A DNA stretch of 64,000 nucleotides. Origin: Thermoplasmata archaeon. GTDB lineage: Archaea > Thermoplasmatota > Thermoplasmata > Thermoplasmatales > GCA-001856825. The notes under the pieces are model-generated. The model was not told the origin of the DNA and made no database searches. It saw only the letters and a program-made list of their open reading frames with translations. Numbering within the stretch: position 1 is the first letter of the stretch; every line of letters begins with the position of its first letter. A program made the translations under genes and the position numbers. Location of the stretch: NCBI GenBank assembly GCA_021816725.1, contig JAKAXD010000001.1:437209-501208 (forward strand). Direction: 5' to 3'. Of the stretch, positions 1 through 8,785 are shown piece by piece.

Positions 1-124
1 AGCACATGAACGACTTTTGAGTCCAAATTTGAACCTAAATAAGTTACTACCCTTGGTAAAGAGAAGGAGGTAATTTGACCATTTTTAACGGAAAAATATT
101 TTTGTCTGCACGGATAACCCAATA

Positions 125-226
125 CCCGGCTTAGCTCAGTTGGTAGAGCGGTGGACTGTAGAGGGACAGCGCTGTGGCGCAACCGCCGCCATCCACAGGT
201 CGCTGGTTCAAATCCGGCAGCCGGGA
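125..226 (+). tRNA. tRNA-Tyr (anticodon GTA) with a 29-nt intron at 162-190
   Basis: Cloverleaf read by eye. Acceptor CCCGGCT/AGCCGGG has C1-G72, the archaeal/eukaryal Tyr identity pair. D arm GCTC..GAGC. Anticodon stem GTGGA/TCCAC with loop CT-GTA-G[intron]A. T arm GCTGG-TTCAAAT-CCGGC, discriminator A. The intron sits at the canonical 37/38 position. CCA is not encoded. An AT-rich TATA-like box lies about 25 nt upstream. Confidence 0.9.
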
Positions 227-399
227 TCCATTAATCGGTTTGATTACACGCTCCACATTAATTATGATCGGACCGAATCGTTTAATAGGCCCTTCTGGAA
301 CATGGGTTAACCTTATAATAACACTTCAATTGATTTTCTTGTCATGAACCCCGATCAGGGGCATCGCCCTGGGCAAGTAGGATTAATTAGTCCAGTAGA

Positions 400-912
400 A
401 TGTTTAAAACCATAACTGTAGTAGTTTTAGTGGCAGTCGCAGCCATCACAGGAGCAGCTATTATCTATCATTCTTTGACAAATCCGGTAGATACTCCCCC
501 AAGGGAATCTACAACTATATGGTCCTCCGGACTTTTTCAAATGTGCCCAGGAGAAGGTAATGGATCAAACGGCACGTGGCCTACTCTAACAAGTGTCGGG
601 CAAAGTTTCGTGGTCTTGAATAATATGACCGATGTTCATGTCTATGGGTCTTTCACTTCTAACGAGAGCATTTCCCTAGTGATGGAAGATGTCGGCCCTT
701 ACGAAAATTCCTCGCAATTTTCGCTCCCAGTCGGTGCCAAAGACGCATGGTCTAGTGGCATTACTGAAGGAGGAAGCATCTCTGTTTCTTTACCAACGTC
801 TCCCAGCTCACAAATTGGAGAAATTTATATGATAACTTTTACGATGGAAGAACCGATAATAACCGAAGTGAATGTTACATCCACTATAATATTGGCCTAC
901 AATTATTCGTAG
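400..912 (+). CDS. hypothetical membrane-anchored/secreted protein
   Basis: 170-aa ORF with an N-terminal hydrophobic helix (ITVVVLVAVAAITGAAIIY). The rest is Ser/Thr-rich with several N-x-S/T sequons. No recognisable family. Confidence 0.5.
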   Translation: MFKTITVVVLVAVAAITGAAIIYHSLTNPVDTPPRESTTIWSSGLFQMCPGEGNGSNGTWPTLTSVGQSFVVLNNMTDVHVYGSFTSNESISLVMEDVGPYENSSQFSLPVGAKDAWSSGITEGGSISVSLPTSPSSQIGEIYMITFTMEEPIITEVNVTSTIILAYNYS

Positions 913-982
913 ATGTTTTTAATTTCACGCAGACTGCACGTACGTAAGGGATGATTATCAGCCACGGGATAGGCGATCTTGA

Positions 983-1197
983 ACCTTTTGGCCCCTGATA
1001 TTGCACTATAGGATCTACAACCTACTGAAGGCAAAGGGCCTTCTAAAGCGGTATTCGCCAGAGGACTTGATAAAGCACCTTGACCGTATTAGCAAGCTGA
1101 AGATAAGAAATGAATAGAAGATCTCAGAAATCCCAAGCACACGAGGGAGTTGATAGAGAAACTTGAGATACCTATTATGCAAAAGAACGGGAATTAG
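983..1197 (+). pseudogene. probable remnant of the C-terminal end of a DDE (IS4/IS1634-like) transposase, broken by a stop and a frameshift
   Basis: Frame 1 (983-1117) reads FWPLILHYRIYNLLKAKGLLKRYSPEDLIKHLDRISKLKIRNE*. A second frame (1135-1197) reads KHTRELIEKLEIPIMQKNGN*. The pattern resembles the helical C-terminal tails of archaeal IS transposases as I remember them. No catalytic region or terminal inverted repeats were seen. Confidence 0.3.
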
Positions 1198-1367
1198 AGA
1201 TTAAATGGGTAGAAGTTTCCATTATTATATGTCTCCGTTGCATTTAATCGTTTAATATCGAAGTCGTGAGTCTCTCCAACTCTTTAACCAAGTATGGCTT
1301 GCAGCCAAATTTATGACACAAATCGTGGAATTGCATATCATTTTATCCTAACTTCAGTTATTGACCC

Positions 1368-1931
1368 ATGCGAAAAGTAATCCTAGACACAATAATATCA
1401 CTAGATGGGTATTACACGAGCCTAAAGAATGAGATCGACTGGTTCGAATTTGAAAAGGAAGAGATTGATTGGTCCAAGGAAATTCTACGGAGAGTCGATA
1501 CTATGCTTTATGGTCGGGTGACATACCTAGAGTTTAGTGAGTTCTGGCCAAAAGCATCTCCCAGCCCTGATGGCTTCGATTCCGAGATCATTGGGCAACT
1601 TAACGGTCTTCAGAAGCTCGTATTTTCTCGAACCCTTCAGGAAGCAAAGTGGAGTCCCGCAGAGTTGATACGAGATGACCCTGTTGAAGTCATTGAAAGG
1701 ATTAAAAAAGAACCTGGAAAGGACATGGTTGTAGTGGGCAGTGGGACTCTCGTATCTGCTCTTGTGAGGAACGATCTTGTAGACGAGTACCGCATAAGAA
1801 TTCGCCCTATAATTCTGGGTTCTGGCAAGCCAATATTTGAAGATAGCAAAAAGAGACACAAACTCAAGTTGATTTCTTCTAGAGCGTTTAGTAACGGAGT
1901 AGTTGCACTACATTACGAGCCTGTTCTTTAG
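1368..1931 (+). CDS. dihydrofolate reductase family protein (RibD C-terminal domain)
   Basis: 187 aa. ILDTIISLDGY, TMLYGRVTYLEFSEFWP, VVGSGTLVSALVRNDLVDEYRIRIRPIILGSGKPIF are typical of the RibD_C/DHFR-like fold. Confidence 0.75.
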   Translation: MRKVILDTIISLDGYYTSLKNEIDWFEFEKEEIDWSKEILRRVDTMLYGRVTYLEFSEFWPKASPSPDGFDSEIIGQLNGLQKLVFSRTLQEAKWSPAELIRDDPVEVIERIKKEPGKDMVVVGSGTLVSALVRNDLVDEYRIRIRPIILGSGKPIFEDSKKRHKLKLISSRAFSNGVVALHYEPVL

Positions 1932-2141
1932 AAGTCTGACAGATATTTAAACACATTTCTCACGCACTTTAAATTATCACTAAACAGAACCACCAACCAA
2001 CCGTCCGTGCAAGCAGAATTGGATCTTGGTCTATTCGAGTTTATCACCTAGCCGATAATGATTTAACTTGAGTTTCCTTTGCTCATCTAGTTACATGGAC
2101 CTACGACACCACTTGAACTTTAAATTTCCCATTTTGAGAGA

Positions 2142-4229
2142 TCAACGCCTCCTTCTGGAGCGCAGGAAACTGTAGATTCCACCCACAATAACGAGTAAGA
2201 ATACAATGATTTCAAAAAGGGCTAGATCGCTAGACCGCTTAAGGAGGCCGCTTATCTGTAGTTTCGTAACATGTGAGGGAAATATAGTAACATTTGTCAC
2301 AAACGGGACGTATCCCGGGGAAGAAACGTTCACCACATATTTTCCAGGTTTGAGGGAAATATTGAAGTTTCCATCGGAAGATTTGTATATTGTCCCATTG
2401 ACGGAGATTGTAGCAGTCGGTGGAGTGATCTTACCTACTAGATACCCATTCATTATGGTGAATGGAATCGGGAGTGTTACGTTGCTTCCATTCACTGTGA
2501 CCGATCCGGTGTGATTGGACGGGGAGTAATTGAAGGCAGAAGGTATCAGGTAGTCGTAGGTTCCATTGGTAACGTTGAAGATTAAAGTATCATTTGAAGT
2601 GCTCAAAGTCCCTTTGCCGTTTAGAGTAACTGACCAATTTGTGCCCTCTGGTAAACCAGTCTCCGTAAAGCGGATGCCAAACAGGACTGGAAGGAAACGG
2701 ACCTCAACATTTTGAGAAGACCCATTGACTATCACGGTCCCAGTTTCGTTTAGAGTTCTGTAGTCTCTGTATGGGGTGGAAACGTAAAAGTTGTAACTTC
2801 CGTTCTGGAGGTAAAATACGTACCTGCTTCCGTTGATGGCACCTGAATTGATTCCTGAGATGCTCACGTTCCAGCTGATACCGGATGGCAGCCCATTTTC
2901 AATGAAGCTTACCGCATATGAGTCGTTCGGAAGTACCGTCAGCTTGCCTGCTGTCAGTGTTACATTCCCGTAATTCTGGAACGTCCCGGTTATGTACGAA
3001 TAAACTTCTATCGAGTACTTTCCAGGGTAAAGGGTCACGTTTACCAGTCCGCCAACGAAATTGGTCACGTTCAATGCATTACCGGTGTAACTGAGGTTCC
3101 TGACATACAGTGCACCCCTAGGTGTGTCAGTAGTGATCTTCAAGAACGATAGACTATTGGAGTAGTACATAGCACCGAGGGATCCTGTCCCATTGGTTAC
3201 GTAGGCCGCCAGCCGTCCCGTTATGCTACCGTATGTACCGGTGACAACTGCGTTATATACAGTCTCACCAGTATCACTCCCGAAGTTGAACGCATTCCGA
3301 ATAGACTGATAGTTGTTGCCATTGTAATACTCCAGCATCAGAATTATGGACGAGTTAATGTCCTCGGTTTGAGTGGAGTTTCCTGGACCTCCTATCACAA
3401 GTTCGGCATCATAGTACGTATTGGCCGGATTGTAGCTATATCCATTTACGTAAAAGTAAGGTGGAGTTTGAAGCCCATTTGCAAAGTGAAAGACTGCGTT
3501 GTCGTAAACTATCCAACCATACCCGTCATTATACAGGAAAGCTACTTCTGGGGAATTGTTCCTGCCTAGATACGTATTCATCTTCAGCAGGAAGGACGAA
3601 TTGTCCTTGATGGTAACATTGTTTCCTGGAAGTGAGGAATTGGCGAGGTCATAATAAAATTTGGAAGGGCCTGAATTTGTACCGCTACTGGCGACTGTAC
3701 CATTGCCAATTACAGTCGAGTTGTAAATCGCGGCGCTCGGGGCTGAAAGATTCCATATGTTGTCTATGAAAGTAATCTCCTTTGAAGATGAGTTAAGGAA
3801 AGCTACGTCTTGCACCCAAAAGTCGTAATAAGTGGATTTGTAGAAAAATACCATATTCAAGTTAAGCTGGAAAGTAACATTTGTGGAATTTGCGGACGGG
3901 CTGTATGTGGAAATTGAGTTGATCGTGACATTTCCCAGGAATGAAGATGTGGTGTAATTGTAAGGAACACCGTTATAGCCTATACCATAATCAGCTATGC
4001 CCATGGGCGCGGGTTCATTAAAATATTCCCTGTATGGGGTGACCTGTATAGCAGGTGGATCATTATGCACTCCAACGCCCTCCAGGGATGAAGTGGACTT
4101 ATTCTTCTCAATTGGTAATACTCCCGAAGTGGCTTCTGGATGAGCAGACGTAACGAAGGATGAAGATAGTATGACTAAAAGCAGTACGGTTACAGCAAGT
4201 ATCATCCTCATTGTCTTGGTCAGGTTCAT
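2142..4229 (-). CDS. thermopsin-like (peptidase A5) extracellular protease with C-terminal membrane anchor, heavily sequon-rich
   Basis: 695 aa with an N-terminal signal/anchor. The EPAPMGIADYGIGYNG and YYDFWVQDVAFL blocks resemble thermopsin. There are two tandem GLP(S/E)G..W.V beta-sandwich repeats and a CarboxypepD_reg-like segment (GYLVGKITPP...PGKYVVNVSSPGY). The C-terminus has a TM helix plus RSRRRR. Dozens of N-x-S/T sequons. Confidence 0.65.
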   Translation of the reverse strand: MNLTKTMRMILAVTVLLLVILSSSFVTSAHPEATSGVLPIEKNKSTSSLEGVGVHNDPPAIQVTPYREYFNEPAPMGIADYGIGYNGVPYNYTTSSFLGNVTINSISTYSPSANSTNVTFQLNLNMVFFYKSTYYDFWVQDVAFLNSSSKEITFIDNIWNLSAPSAAIYNSTVIGNGTVASSGTNSGPSKFYYDLANSSLPGNNVTIKDNSSFLLKMNTYLGRNNSPEVAFLYNDGYGWIVYDNAVFHFANGLQTPPYFYVNGYSYNPANTYYDAELVIGGPGNSTQTEDINSSIILMLEYYNGNNYQSIRNAFNFGSDTGETVYNAVVTGTYGSITGRLAAYVTNGTGSLGAMYYSNSLSFLKITTDTPRGALYVRNLSYTGNALNVTNFVGGLVNVTLYPGKYSIEVYSYITGTFQNYGNVTLTAGKLTVLPNDSYAVSFIENGLPSGISWNVSISGINSGAINGSRYVFYLQNGSYNFYVSTPYRDYRTLNETGTVIVNGSSQNVEVRFLPVLFGIRFTETGLPEGTNWSVTLNGKGTLSTSNDTLIFNVTNGTYDYLIPSAFNYSPSNHTGSVTVNGSNVTLPIPFTIMNGYLVGKITPPTATISVNGTIYKSSDGNFNISLKPGKYVVNVSSPGYVPFVTNVTIFPSHVTKLQISGLLKRSSDLALFEIIVFLLVIVGGIYSFLRSRRRR

Positions 4230-4385
4230 ACACCCCGTTGTCCTCGATCATAAAATCAGATATATTTCTTGTCTTGATTAAGTTGCGACATGGACATTCC
4301 TCTCTAATGCGGCTCAAGTTCCTTATTTGCAAAAGATGTACAGAGCGTTCTGCCCCATTGACAACCTAGATTTTTGATGTCTGCA

Positions 4386-5843
4386 TTAGAAGTTCCTGTT
4401 AGTGTAATTTGGAGGCTCACTCAGCAACATCACGTTATGTGGATGGCTTTCAGTAATTCCTGCCTGGGTTACAAGCACAAATTTGGCGTTCTGCCTGAGC
4501 TTCGCAATTGTAGGTGAGCCAGTATACCCCATCCCTGACTTTAGGCCGCCTATCAATTGAAAGACTGCATCTGCAACTTTACCTTTGTACGGAACTGCTC
4601 CTTCAACCCCCTCTGGCACAAATTTCCCTGAACCTATCTTGCCGTACCTGTCATTCTCTCCACTCATAACCGCTCCAAGTGAACCCATCCCTCTGTATGT
4701 TTTATATCTTCTTCCAGATATGTTTATTTCAGTCCCTGGAGCCTCATCTGTTCCTGCCAGCAGAGATCCAAGCATTACTGTGCTCGCACCTGCGGCAATA
4801 GCCTTCACTATATCTCCGGAGTACCTTATCCCCCCGTCAGCAACTACGGGAATTCCATGCCTTTCTGCTACCTCTGCTGCTTGTGCAACGGCAGTCAACT
4901 GGGGTACGCCTATTCCGGCCACTATCCTCGTCGTACAAATTGAGCCTGGTCCCACACCCGTCCTCAAACCATCCACTTCAGCTGATATCAGGTCCTCTGC
5001 CGCTTCAGATGTTGCGATATTCCCGGCGATAATGTCTATGTCAACTTCCCTCCTCATCTTCTTCACTGAGTCTATAAGATTGAGGTTGTGACCATGGGCA
5101 CTATCTACAACTATAACATCAGCCCCAGCCTCCTCGAGAACCTTGGCCCGCTCAATGTCGAAGGCCCCGACTGCGCCTCCCACCAGTAATTTCCCCTCTT
5201 CGTCCCTCACTGCAAGTGGGTCCTGTTCCCTCTTCATTATGTCCTTAGCGGTAATCAATCCTACCAAATTTCCAGTACCATCTACAAGAGGCAGCTTCTC
5301 TATCTTCTTATTATTCATTATCTCCAAAGCCTGTTCAATTGAGAGGTTGACGTCCCCGGTCACTACGTCCTTAGTCATCACGTCCCTGACCTTCTTGCTG
5401 CTTCCCTTCAGGAAACGTATGTCCCTGTTCGTAAGTATTCCGACAAGTTTGCCGTTCAATATTACTGGAAGCCCCGCGATTCGCTTCTCCCTCATAGTAC
5501 GGATTGCATCGTCAACAGGTGTTTCCGGGTTAACTGTGTAAAGGTCTCGGATAATAAGCGATTCCTCCCTCTTCACCTTCTTTATCATTTCAGCCTGGGC
5601 TTCCCTGCTATTGTTCCTGTGAATGATTCCGATACCACCAAGTCTTGCTAGCGCTATTGCCATATCTGCCTCAGAGACTGTATCCATAGGAGAAGACACA
5701 ATTGGAATGTTCAGTTTTATGTGGCGGGTCAGTGAGGATTCCACATTTACCCCAACCGGCTCAATCCTGCTTGGGCCTGGAATCAAAAGAACATCATCGT
5801 AGGTGTACCCCATCTTGGCCTCTTCAAGCTTAGATATAAACAT
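4386..5843 (-). CDS. guaB: inosine-5'-monophosphate dehydrogenase
   Basis: GYTYDDVLLIPG, a CBS pair, the catalytic loop GVGPGSICTTR, and GGIRYSGDIVKA. The ORF extends to 5873, but MFISKLEEAK.GYTYDD matches usual archaeal IMPDH N-termini, so the start is set at 5843. 5813 is also possible. Confidence 0.95.
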   Translation of the reverse strand: MFISKLEEAKMGYTYDDVLLIPGPSRIEPVGVNVESSLTRHIKLNIPIVSSPMDTVSEADMAIALARLGGIGIIHRNNSREAQAEMIKKVKREESLIIRDLYTVNPETPVDDAIRTMREKRIAGLPVILNGKLVGILTNRDIRFLKGSSKKVRDVMTKDVVTGDVNLSIEQALEIMNNKKIEKLPLVDGTGNLVGLITAKDIMKREQDPLAVRDEEGKLLVGGAVGAFDIERAKVLEEAGADVIVVDSAHGHNLNLIDSVKKMRREVDIDIIAGNIATSEAAEDLISAEVDGLRTGVGPGSICTTRIVAGIGVPQLTAVAQAAEVAERHGIPVVADGGIRYSGDIVKAIAAGASTVMLGSLLAGTDEAPGTEINISGRRYKTYRGMGSLGAVMSGENDRYGKIGSGKFVPEGVEGAVPYKGKVADAVFQLIGGLKSGMGYTGSPTIAKLRQNAKFVLVTQAGITESHPHNVMLLSEPPNYTNRNF

Positions 5844-6103
5844 ATAACCCAAATGTAAGTGATAATAAAACATTATCCAAAGAGTACTTCAAGCTCAGAA
5901 GAAAGCAGAGTTGGAGGAAGCCCTGCTAAGCTCAAGGAGAAGAAGTTCATTAAGTTGAAAGTGCCCAATATTCGGTCTCGTAGAATTACCCCATGATGAA
6001 AACTGCATGATCAACCTTGCTGGATGAAAAATTTGGCAGCAGCTTTTTCCGGAGATTCGTATCTATTGCAAAGAATCGTTTTTATAGATAGTTTAAATGG
6101 TGT

Positions 6104-6192
6104 ACTGCAGGGGAGCTCGCTGAAGCGGGCTGAGAGGATCGATAAGATCGACCCGTCGAACCTGACCCAGATAATACTGGCGGAGGGATAAG
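6104..6192 (+). promoter_or_regulatory. TPP (THI-box) riboswitch
   Basis: Conserved cores occur in the correct order: GGGGAGC, GCTGAGA, ACCC, GAACCTGA, CCAGATAATACTGG (the P5 hairpin), CGGAGGGA. The element ends immediately before the ATG at 6193 of a TbpA-like binding protein. Its GGAGGG tract overlaps the ribosome-binding region. Confidence 0.85.
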
Positions 6193-7293
6193 ATGAATAA
6201 TGAAGTAATTAAGAAAAGAACAAACTATGCAGTATATGTAGTAATTGGAATTGTATTAGTGGCAGCTGCTACAGTCTACGTGGTTCATCCCAGCATTTTG
6301 CCTTCCAATGAACCGACAATAAATGTGTTAACATACGGCTCCTTCTTTCAATACGGAGCTAATCCCAACAAAACTCTTGAATACGTGATAAATAATTTTG
6401 AGGATTGGTATCACGTGAAGGTGAACCTCATATATGCAGCTGGAGACCTCTACAATCAGATCAACCAAACCAAGGGGGCTGGATATGATGTGGTTGTAGG
6501 CCTGAATAACATAGATTCCTACCTGGCAGCAAACAGCGGCCTTCTGTATCGAGCCGATGTGAGCAATGAGTCGTACATTAACCGCACTCTTTCCACATTC
6601 CTGCAATCGTCAGGCTATGTCATACCTTATGAATATTCTCCACTGACAACAGATTATAACCTATCCGGCCCAATAAACCGGTCCGTCATAGAAAACTTCT
6701 CTTATTACGACTTGTATAACTCTAGCATTGCAAATCAGTACATCGTGGAAAACCCTACAACAAGCATAAACGGCGAAGATTTCCTCCTGGGACAGATCGC
6801 CTTCTATCAAGGGATATTGAACGAGAGCTGGACATCTTTCTGGAACAAATCGAAAGGTATACTTGTGACTGAGGATTGGAGCTCAGGTTTCACTATGTTT
6901 GAGGAAGGACAGAGGCAGATGTTTTTTTCATACGCCACTGATCCATCTTACAACAAGTATTTCAATTACACCCCAATTGGAACTGTTGCATTCCACCACA
7001 ATGGGAAGAGCTACGCCTGGATGCAGGTACTTGGATTGGGGATACTGAATTCATCCAAACACAAGAGCATAGATGAAGAGTTTGTAAACTGGATCCTTGG
7101 GAAGGACGTTCAAAGCCTGATCCCCCTGAACGAATGGACGTACCCAGCTAACATAAACGTAGACCTTCCTTCAGTGTACTCTGCCAACCCCCCGATTTCT
7201 TCCATAATTCCTCTCAATGAGTATCTAAACATGACAGCTGCTGCAAGGAACATAGGGTCTTGGTCGTTAGAGTGGAGTTCAATTGCGACGTGA
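6193..7293 (+). CDS. thiB: thiamine-type ABC transporter substrate-binding protein (TbpA/ThiB-like), membrane anchored
   Basis: N-terminal TM anchor. INVLTYGSF and YDVVVGLNNIDSYLAANSGLLY parallel E. coli TbpA blocks (LTVYTYDSF, ADVVLGLDNNLLDAA). It lies directly downstream of the TPP riboswitch and is first of three ABC genes. Confidence 0.75.
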   Translation: MNNEVIKKRTNYAVYVVIGIVLVAAATVYVVHPSILPSNEPTINVLTYGSFFQYGANPNKTLEYVINNFEDWYHVKVNLIYAAGDLYNQINQTKGAGYDVVVGLNNIDSYLAANSGLLYRADVSNESYINRTLSTFLQSSGYVIPYEYSPLTTDYNLSGPINRSVIENFSYYDLYNSSIANQYIVENPTTSINGEDFLLGQIAFYQGILNESWTSFWNKSKGILVTEDWSSGFTMFEEGQRQMFFSYATDPSYNKYFNYTPIGTVAFHHNGKSYAWMQVLGLGILNSSKHKSIDEEFVNWILGKDVQSLIPLNEWTYPANINVDLPSVYSANPPISSIIPLNEYLNMTAAARNIGSWSLEWSSIAT

Positions 7294-8785
7294 ATCTGGA
7301 GCTCCGTTTCTGTACGCTGGAATATATGCAGTGGTACTTGTACTGGTACCTCTGGCATTCCTTCTCTTCTATGCACTCCATCTGTCCGCTTCAAGATTGT
7401 TCTATCACGTACTGACATCTGCAGTTGAACAATCGTTCCTACAGGGAACACTCTCAACTGCAATTTCCCTGGCAGTTGGTCTCATTTTCGGGGTACTTTT
7501 GGTCTTGTACACTGGCAGATTCAAGAATGTCATAATTTCCTTGCTCCTGATAACCTATGTGATGCCAGGACTGATAATGGCCCTGGGAATTATTTCCATA
7601 TTTGGGTTTTCGTCAAGGTTTTGGGAGATAATTTATGGAAATGTAATCTACAATGCACCCATGATAGCTGTACTTGCATTTTCCACCGGAAGCACAACCA
7701 GTAAAATGGAAGTATACTCAGCCAAGACAATTGGAGCTAGAGACTCAGATATCATAAGGAGATTTTACCTTCCGAACTCCCTCAGGGGAGGAATGCTTGG
7801 AGGGATACTCACCTTTGTACTCACATTCGAGGGGTTCAGCCTTCCGCTAATCATAGGAGGGCCCCGATTTTCGACGATGGAAGTAATGATCTACCAGTTC
7901 AAGAGCATATTCCCAACATTCTCTAATTTCCCATTCTCTACAGCTTCCTTCTTGGGTGTCCTCCAACTTATCATCCTTATGGGACCACTATATGTTTACA
8001 TTTCAATAAGGACGCACTCAAGAAGGAATGATTCAGGGCTCCCTATCCCGCTGAAGAAGTACAACAAGATTGCATTAACAGGACTCGTAATTTTCCTGGT
8101 CTTTATTATGATTCCACTCTTCGGAATGTTCGTCAAGTACCCCATCTGGCAGATCAATCTGACTGCAATATCGACAAAACTTCAGATATCTATGACAGCA
8201 CTCATAAGCAACACCCTTCTGTTCTCCTTCGTCAGTACATTTGCTGCCTTCATGATATCCATAATAATAACGGTATACCGTCTTTCCATGCGCAACCAGT
8301 TCATCGTACTTTTGCCCCTGATACTTTCTCCAGTCACTCTTGCACTGTCATATTTCCTGGTATATGGTGAATTAATACCAACCACCATGCTAATCATATT
8401 GATATTTACGGTCGTTGCTGTGCCACTGAACATAAGGATGTTGACTCAGGCAACAGATACTTTGCCTCCATCGGAGAAATATTCTTCCAGGGTCCTTGGA
8501 GATTCTTCCATTTCCTCATTTTTCAAGGTTCAGCTTCCCAGAATCAAGTGGGAGATTTCTACAATTGTGTCACTCACATTTATTACGGTGATGGGGGAAT
8601 TTTCGTCTATCGTCACCGTATATACAGCATCTACTGAAACGATCACAATAGGAATTTACAGGCTACTCCTGCTCAGGTACACTGATGGGGTCTACTACCT
8701 GACTGAGATTTTCCTGATTGCAATATTTATTTCCTCTTTCCTCATAAACCATATAGGAAAAAGTGGTCCACTTGGACAAACTTAA
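7283..8785 (+). CDS. thiP: ABC transporter permease, two-domain (ThiP-like)
   Basis: 500 aa and polytopic (about 12 TM), with a duplicated permease domain as in ThiP. The GTG start overlaps the upstream stop by 11 nt. Confidence 0.75.
   Translation: MRRESGAPFLYAGIYAVVLVLVPLAFLLFYALHLSASRLFYHVLTSAVEQSFLQGTLSTAISLAVGLIFGVLLVLYTGRFKNVIISLLLITYVMPGLIMALGIISIFGFSSRFWEIIYGNVIYNAPMIAVLAFSTGSTTSKMEVYSAKTIGARDSDIIRRFYLPNSLRGGMLGGILTFVLTFEGFSLPLIIGGPRFSTMEVMIYQFKSIFPTFSNFPFSTASFLGVLQLIILMGPLYVYISIRTHSRRNDSGLPIPLKKYNKIALTGLVIFLVFIMIPLFGMFVKYPIWQINLTAISTKLQISMTALISNTLLFSFVSTFAAFMISIIITVYRLSMRNQFIVLLPLILSPVTLALSYFLVYGELIPTTMLIILIFTVVAVPLNIRMLTQATDTLPPSEKYSSRVLGDSSISSFFKVQLPRIKWEISTIVSLTFITVMGEFSSIVTVYTASTETITIGIYRLLLLRYTDGVYYLTEIFLIAIFISSFLINHIGKSGPLGQT

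Noticed and set aside
227-1367. A possible tRNA-Tyr-targeted integrated element (and likewise downstream of the tRNA-Glu 3' end, below 44922).
   Set aside because: I found no direct repeat of the tRNA 3' halves (att-like sites), no integrase gene, and no clear compositional break visible by eye. Only the transposase-tail remnant is retained, as a low-confidence feature.
4585-5541. Two long plus-strand ORFs (168 and 132 aa) inside the IMP dehydrogenase locus.
   Set aside because: They are antisense shadows of guaB. The translations are low-complexity and Ser/Pro/Thr-rich with no motifs, while the minus-strand frame carries unmistakable IMPDH motifs.
5985-6045. A possible C/D-box sRNA: ATGATGA followed by TGATCA and CTGGATGA in the guaB/riboswitch spacer.
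   Set aside because: A C-box-like RUGAUGA is present, but I could find no proper D or D' CUGA boxes and no terminal stem. This is insufficient for a call.
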